A stretch of 64,000 bases of DNA, from NCBI GenBank assembly GCA_002299125.1, contig DBNU01000061.1, positions 514 to 64,513 of the forward strand. The letters are read 5' to 3'. The notes below the pieces were generated by a model. The model ran no database searches. It was not told where the DNA came from and saw only the letters and a list, made by a program, of their open reading frames with translations. How positions within the stretch are numbered: position 1 is the first letter of the stretch; each line of letters begins with the position of its first letter. The DNA is from Proteobacteria bacterium UBA664. GTDB lineage: Bacteria; Pseudomonadota; Gammaproteobacteria; UBA7966. Shown here piece after piece: positions 59,913 to 64,000 of this stretch. Made by a program: the position numbers and the translations under genes.

Positions 59913-60877
59913 TCGCTGGCAGCGCCGATCCCGGCGGCGATGAGCGCCGCACCGATTGCCGGGCCCGCCGGGCCGAATCGCCCCACCTCGACGCGCGGCG
60001 CGCTGCGGCCACCGTAGCGAAATGCCGCCACCAGCGGTCCGAGGTCAGCGACCAGTTCCGGCACGCTCGCAAGGCCACCCCCGACGAAAATGCAGTCGGG
60101 GTCGAGGAGATCGGCCCACAGGGCGAAGGCCCGGGCCAGTCGATCACGGTAGTCCGCCCGGGCCGCGAGCGCCGCTGCGTGCCCGTGGCGGAGCGCCCCC
60201 ACTGCGGCCTCCGGCGAGTCCACGGCGAGCCCGCGTGCACGCGCTGCCCAGAGCCAACCCCGGCCGCCGAGGAGCGCATCGATGCAACCCGAGCGGCCAC
60301 AGCCACAGGGCACGCCGAGGGCATCGGGGTCGGCTTCGCGCGGCGGCGGCAAGTGACCCCATTCACCTGCCAGGCCGTGCGGGCCGGTACGCACCCGGCC
60401 AGCGAAGGCCAGCGCGCCACCCACGCCGGTGCCGAGCACAACCCCGACGGCACAGCCCGGGATGGGGCCGGAGGTGCCGTGCAGCTCGGCGTGCAGGAAG
60501 GCATTGCCGTCGTTCACGACCCGGACCGTGGCGCCAGCCGTGGCCTCGGTGAGCCAGCGGGCGAGCAGATCACCGGCCGGCGCACCGAGGTTGGGCGACG
60601 CCCCGACCCGGCCTGCGGGCGTGACGGCCGCCGCCACGGCGAGCCCGACGGCGGCGGGTGCACCGTGGGCGGCGCGCAGCGTCACAACGGCCTCGTCGAT
60701 ACAGGCGCGCAGATCATGCGGACTCCGCCCCGGGAGCGGCCACAGCCGCTGCGCCACCGGTTCGACGACATCCCGGAGCACGCCCGCACGGATCGGCAGC
60801 ACGACCGCAGCCAGCTTGCTGCCGCCGAGGTCGAAACCCCATGTGGTGTTCCCTGCCTTCTGCCGCCTCATCCCCAC
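59909..60877 (-). CDS. ROK family sugar kinase/regulator-like protein
   Basis: FDLGGSKLAAV and the zinc motif CGCGRSGCIDAL are ROK signatures. Confidence 0.65.
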   Translation of the reverse strand: MGMRRQKAGNTTWGFDLGGSKLAAVVLPIRAGVLRDVVEPVAQRLWPLPGRSPHDLRACIDEAVVTLRAAHGAPAAVGLAVAAAVTPAGRVGASPNLGAPAGDLLARWLTEATAGATVRVVNDGNAFLHAELHGTSGPIPGCAVGVVLGTGVGGALAFAGRVRTGPHGLAGEWGHLPPPREADPDALGVPCGCGRSGCIDALLGGRGWLWAARARGLAVDSPEAAVGALRHGHAAALAARADYRDRLARAFALWADLLDPDCIFVGGGLASVPELVADLGPLVAAFRYGGRSAPRVEVGRFGPAGPAIGAALIAAGIGAASD

Positions 60878-60941
60878 GCCCGCGAATCATCTCCCGCAAG
60901 GGTAGCGCGGGGCCTTCGTGGCGGCGTGGGTGCGGCAGCGG

Positions 60942-61313
60942 CTAGCGATCCTCGATCCGGTAACCCGGCCGGCTGAAGTCCCGGATGCCCGAACCAGGCA
61001 GCGTCGGGTGCACGAGGTCGCCATCGATCACATAACCCGGCCGACTGAAATCGCGGATGCTCGAACCCTGGAAGGTCGGGTGCATGCGGTCACCGTCGAT
61101 CACGTAACCGGGCCGCGTGAAATCCCGGACACTCGTTCCAGGCAGTGTCGGGTGCACGACATCACCATCGATCACATAACCCGGTCGACTGAAATCGCGG
61201 ATGCTCGAACCCTGAAAGGTTGGGTGGACTTGCGTCTCGTCCCAGCCACCGGCGGATGCCGTGGCGGACAAGGTTGCAGAGGTCAGCAGTGCCACAGTCT
61301 TCCTGGAAATCAT
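60942..61313 (-). CDS. small secreted protein made of four 25-aa tandem repeats
   Basis: A signal peptide (MISRKTVALLTSATLSATASA) is followed by four copies of HPT(F/L)(Q/P)G(S/T)(S/G)(I/V)RDF(S/T)RPGY(V/R)I(D/E)(G)D. The DNA shows the matching 75-bp tandem repeats. Confidence 0.5.
   Translation of the reverse strand: MISRKTVALLTSATLSATASAGGWDETQVHPTFQGSSIRDFSRPGYVIDGDVVHPTLPGTSVRDFTRPGYVIDGDRMHPTFQGSSIRDFSRPGYVIDGDLVHPTLPGSGIRDFSRPGYRIEDR
60945..61232. repeat. four tandem direct repeats of 75 bp each (coding, inside the small secreted protein gene)
   Basis: Near-identical units are visible directly, for example ...atcgatcacataacccggccgactgaaatcgcggatgctcgaaccctggaaggtcgggtgcat... recurs with few substitutions. 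Confidence 0.7.
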
Positions 61314-61596
61314 GCGCGTCACCTCTTGACGGAGGAGCGACCGAAAATCTGAGGGGATAGCACGTAGGTTGGGGTGAGCTTGCGAACCCCAACATCGGCA
61401 ATGTACTGACCGGACGTCGGGGTTCCTGACGTCATCCCAACCTGCCAGCCGAACCGGACAGCACGTAGAGTGACCATTCCGCGCGCAACAGGTTGCGCAG
61501 CGCCACCCCGCCAGCCGATCAACCACCGTCAGCCTGCCGCCGCCCGGGCTCACCCGATGAGCCTGGGCGCCAGTGCCCGGAGCGCCTGCCGGCGTT

Positions 61597-62235
61597 TCAG
61601 ACGCCAACCTTCGACCGCAGGATGCGGGCTGCGCGCAACATGCGCAGGGTCTCCTCGCGCTCCACGCCGTCGATGGCCCCAAGCAGGGTGAATACCAGCA
61701 CATCCTGGCCGAGTGCGGCCGCCCCCTGCACCAGCAGCGGATAGCCGTTCGGCCCCGGTGCCGCCTCCTCGTCCTTGAGTTCAAAGACGAAGGCCCCCGT
61801 GATCCCCCCGGGCCACGGACGCACCTGCAGCGCCTGTTCGGGCGCAAGCCGCAATGCCTCACGGCCGGCGCGCTCGACCATGGCATGCACGGTCTCGGGT
61901 GCCATCGGTAGCCCGCCGGGGGCCTCGTAGACCGAGATGATGAGTTCGAAGCCTCGACCCTCCAGTGGCGTGAGGTAGAGGCTGGGCGGCGAACCATCGT
62001 CAGCCCGCACGTAGACCACTTGCCAGGACAGTGGCACATCCAGCAGGAGCTGCCCACCGGAGGGGAGGTCGTAGCGCTCGCTGGCGACCGGCAACTGCGT
62101 GGGCAGCGGCGGGGCCGGTGGTGCGGCGATTGGCGCAACGGGGAACCATGCCAGCACGCAGCCCAGCAGCGCCGGCAGCAGACTCGCTGCCCGGCGGAAG
62201 ACGCTTTGCCGCTGCTCGGCGGGCTGGTTTACCAT
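61597..62235 (-). CDS. hypothetical secreted/membrane-anchored protein
   Basis: A hydrophobic N-terminus follows the candidate start [10 protein letters not shown]...[18 protein letters not shown] recognise no domain. The longer ORF reaches 62376 but would abut ispG. Confidence 0.3.
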   Translation of the reverse strand: MVNQPAEQRQSVFRRAASLLPALLGCVLAWFPVAPIAAPPAPPLPTQLPVASERYDLPSGGQLLLDVPLSWQVVYVRADDGSPPSLYLTPLEGRGFELIISVYEAPGGLPMAPETVHAMVERAGREALRLAPEQALQVRPWPGGITGAFVFELKDEEAAPGPNGYPLLVQGAAALGQDVLVFTLLGAIDGVEREETLRMLRAARILRSKVGV

Positions 62236-62375
62236 CTCACGCACTCTCCTCGCGCGGACACCCCATAGTTGCGGTTCAAGTCTGCCCGTCACCGCAGCAC
62301 CCAGCGCGATCAGGGACCGCTCGCGCACCGCCATCGTTCCGCTCCCCACACCAGCACCCTCCCAGGTATCCCGCA

Positions 62376-63620
62376 TTGACCCAGTTGCTGCTCAAGCCCA
62401 GGCGCCACTCCGTGGCCGTGAAGGTCGACTCCGTCATGGTGGGCGGGGGCCATCCCGTGGTGGTGCAGTCCATGACCAACACCGATACCGCCGACATCGC
62501 CGCAAGCGTCAAGCAGGTGCAGTCGCTCGCCGCTGCCGGCTCCGAGGTAGTGCGGCTCACCGTCAATAACGAGGAGTCCGCAGCCGCCATCCCGCATATC
62601 CGCGATCGGCTGGCGGCCGTGGGCTGTCGTGTGCCGCTGGTCGGGGACTTCCACTACAACGGCCATACGCTGTTGACGAAACACCCGGCCTGCGCCGAGG
62701 CCCTGGCGAAGTACCGCATCAATCCCGGCAATGTAGGTTTCGGTCGTAAGAAGGACACCCAGTTTGCCACGCTCATCGAGCTCGCCCTCCAGTATGGCAA
62801 GCCGATCCGGATCGGCGTGAACTGGGGCAGTCTCGATGGTGAACTCGTGCTCAGAATGATGGATGAAAACGCCCGTCGCGATGAACCCTGGGATGCTGCG
62901 GCCGTCACCCGCGAGGCCCTCATCGTCTCCGCGCTGGACAGCGCCGCGCGCGCCGAGGAACTCGGCCTGCCGCGCAACCGCATCGTGCTGTCATGCAAGG
63001 TTTCGGGCGTGCAGGACCTCATCTCCATCTACACCAGCCTCGCGGCCCGCTGCGACTACGCCCTGCACCTCGGTCTGACCGAGGCCGGCATGGGCTCCAA
63101 GGGCATCGTCGCCTCCACCGCCGCGCTCGCCGTACTGCTACAGCAGGGCATCGGCGACACCATCCGCGTCTCGCTCACGCCGGAACCGGGTGGCGATCGC
63201 GCCAAGGAAGTCATCGTGGCGCAGGAGATCCTGCAGACCATGGGCCTGCGCTCCTTCACGCCGCTGGTCACTGCCTGCCCGGGCTGCGGCCGCACCACCA
63301 GCTCCTTCTTCCAGGAACTCGCCGAGCAGATCCAGGCGCATGTGCGCAGCCAGATGCCCATCTGGCGGGAGCAGTACGTGGGTGTGGAAGACATGACCCT
63401 CGCCGTGATGGGCTGCGTCGTGAACGGCCCGGGTGAGAGCAAGCACGCGAACATCGGCATCAGCCTGCCCGGCACGGGCGAGGCCCCGGTGGCACCGGTC
63501 TTCATCGATGGCGAGAAGGCCACGACGCTGCGCGGAGAGCACATCGCGGAGGAGTTCAAGGAGATGGTCGAGGACTACGTGCGCACCCATTACCCGCGCC
63601 GGGAGGCACTGGCCGGCTGA
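62376..63620 (+). CDS. ispG: 4-hydroxy-3-methylbut-2-enyl diphosphate synthase (flavodoxin)
   Basis: [19 protein letters not shown]...[12 protein letters not shown]...RINPGNVG and the C-terminal cluster ligands TACPGCGRT fit IspG. A TTG start fits alignment to the E. coli IspG N-terminus. Confidence 0.85.
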   Translation: MTQLLLKPRRHSVAVKVDSVMVGGGHPVVVQSMTNTDTADIAASVKQVQSLAAAGSEVVRLTVNNEESAAAIPHIRDRLAAVGCRVPLVGDFHYNGHTLLTKHPACAEALAKYRINPGNVGFGRKKDTQFATLIELALQYGKPIRIGVNWGSLDGELVLRMMDENARRDEPWDAAAVTREALIVSALDSAARAEELGLPRNRIVLSCKVSGVQDLISIYTSLAARCDYALHLGLTEAGMGSKGIVASTAALAVLLQQGIGDTIRVSLTPEPGGDRAKEVIVAQEILQTMGLRSFTPLVTACPGCGRTTSSFFQELAEQIQAHVRSQMPIWREQYVGVEDMTLAVMGCVVNGPGESKHANIGISLPGTGEAPVAPVFIDGEKATTLRGEHIAEEFKEMVEDYVRTHYPRREALAG

Positions 63621-63662
63621 GGCCACCCGTCCTCTCTCGCGAGCCTGACCCGGGGTACCGTC

Positions 63663-64000
63663 TTGCATCTGCACATCCTCGGCATCTGCGGCACCTTCAT
63701 GGCGGGCCTCGCCCGGCTGGCGCTGGAACGCGGCCACCGCGTCACCGGTGCCGACCGCGCCGCCTGGCCGCCCATGAGCACGGAACTCGAACGGCTCGGG
63801 ATCCCCGTCGCCCCCTACCGCGTGGAAGACCTCGCCCCCGCACCCGATCTCGTCCTCATCGGCAATGCGCTCTCGCGTGGCAATCCGGTGGTCGAGGCGG
63901 TGCTGGACCGCGGCCTGCCCTACCTGTCCGGCCCCGAGTGGCTCGGCCGCGAGGTGCTGGCCGGGCGGCATGTGGTGGCGGTGGCCGGCACCCACGGCAA
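63663..64000 (+). CDS. mpl: UDP-N-acetylmuramate:L-alanyl-gamma-D-glutamyl-meso-diaminopimelate ligase; 3' end truncated at the window edge
   Basis: LHLHILGICGTFMAGLA...TGADRAAWPPMSTELERLGI...GNALSRGNPVVEAVLDRGLPYLSGPEWL aligns closely with the E. coli Mpl N-terminus. The start is probably TTG. Confidence 0.75.
   Translation, partial: MHLHILGICGTFMAGLARLALERGHRVTGADRAAWPPMSTELERLGIPVAPYRVEDLAPAPDLVLIGNALSRGNPVVEAVLDRGLPYLSGPEWLGREVLAGRHVVAVAGTHG

Noticed and set aside
63138-63995. 285 aa minus-strand ORF
   Set aside because: It is antisense to ispG and mpl and has no recognisable domain.
1-64000. Searched for CRISPR arrays, rRNA/tRNA genes, integrases or transposases
   Set aside because: No regularly spaced direct repeats, no tRNA-like cloverleaf candidates noticed in intergenic regions, and no recombinase-like translations in the ORF set. 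Absence is by inspection only, not by tRNAscan or a CRISPR finder.

Overview
This is a 64 kb high-GC segment (roughly mid-60s % GC by eye) of a proteobacterial chromosome; gene order and protein similarities suggest a gammaproteobacterium. Most of it is ordinary housekeeping: cca, folK-folB divergent from plsY, tsaD divergent from rpsU-yqeY, aroC-prmB, htpG divergent from mutS, fdxA, nth, rlmI, metG divergent from apbC-dcd-cysG, msrB, ispG, mpl. Three accessory regions stand out. First, 21.4-27.9 kb holds a sensory signalling cluster: a CHASE2 Ser/Thr kinase, a PP2C phosphatase and a double-FHA protein, convergent with a CHASE2 class III nucleotidyl cyclase. Second, 28.0-33.4 kb is one translationally coupled operon that joins an RsbU/RsbW/RsbV-like partner-switching module to an Mla-like ABC transporter (MlaE/MlaF/MCE protein plus a PqiC-like lipoprotein), with no sigma factor nearby. 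Third, 36.3-51.2 kb is a roughly 15 kb, 11-gene, single-strand, tightly coupled island inserted between rlmI and the rnfB-like/metG locus. It has the DUF1156 N6-adenine methyltransferase, DUF499 ATPase, DUF3780 protein and PLD-SNF2 helicase core of a predicted defence-island system, probably the one later named MADS (attribution from memory). Added to that core are a TIGR04255-like protein, an embedded PIN toxin/antitoxin pair, a standalone Fic-type wHTH, a ParA-like ATPase with an atypical Walker A, an unknown P-loop NTPase and a small unknown protein. This island is the best candidate for a novel or poorly described multi-component anti-phage system in the window. I recognised no rRNA, tRNA, CRISPR array, integrase or transposase. 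All homology calls come from reading the supplied translations; coordinates of internal start codons were computed by counting residues from the ORF ends and should be treated as plus or minus a few codons.
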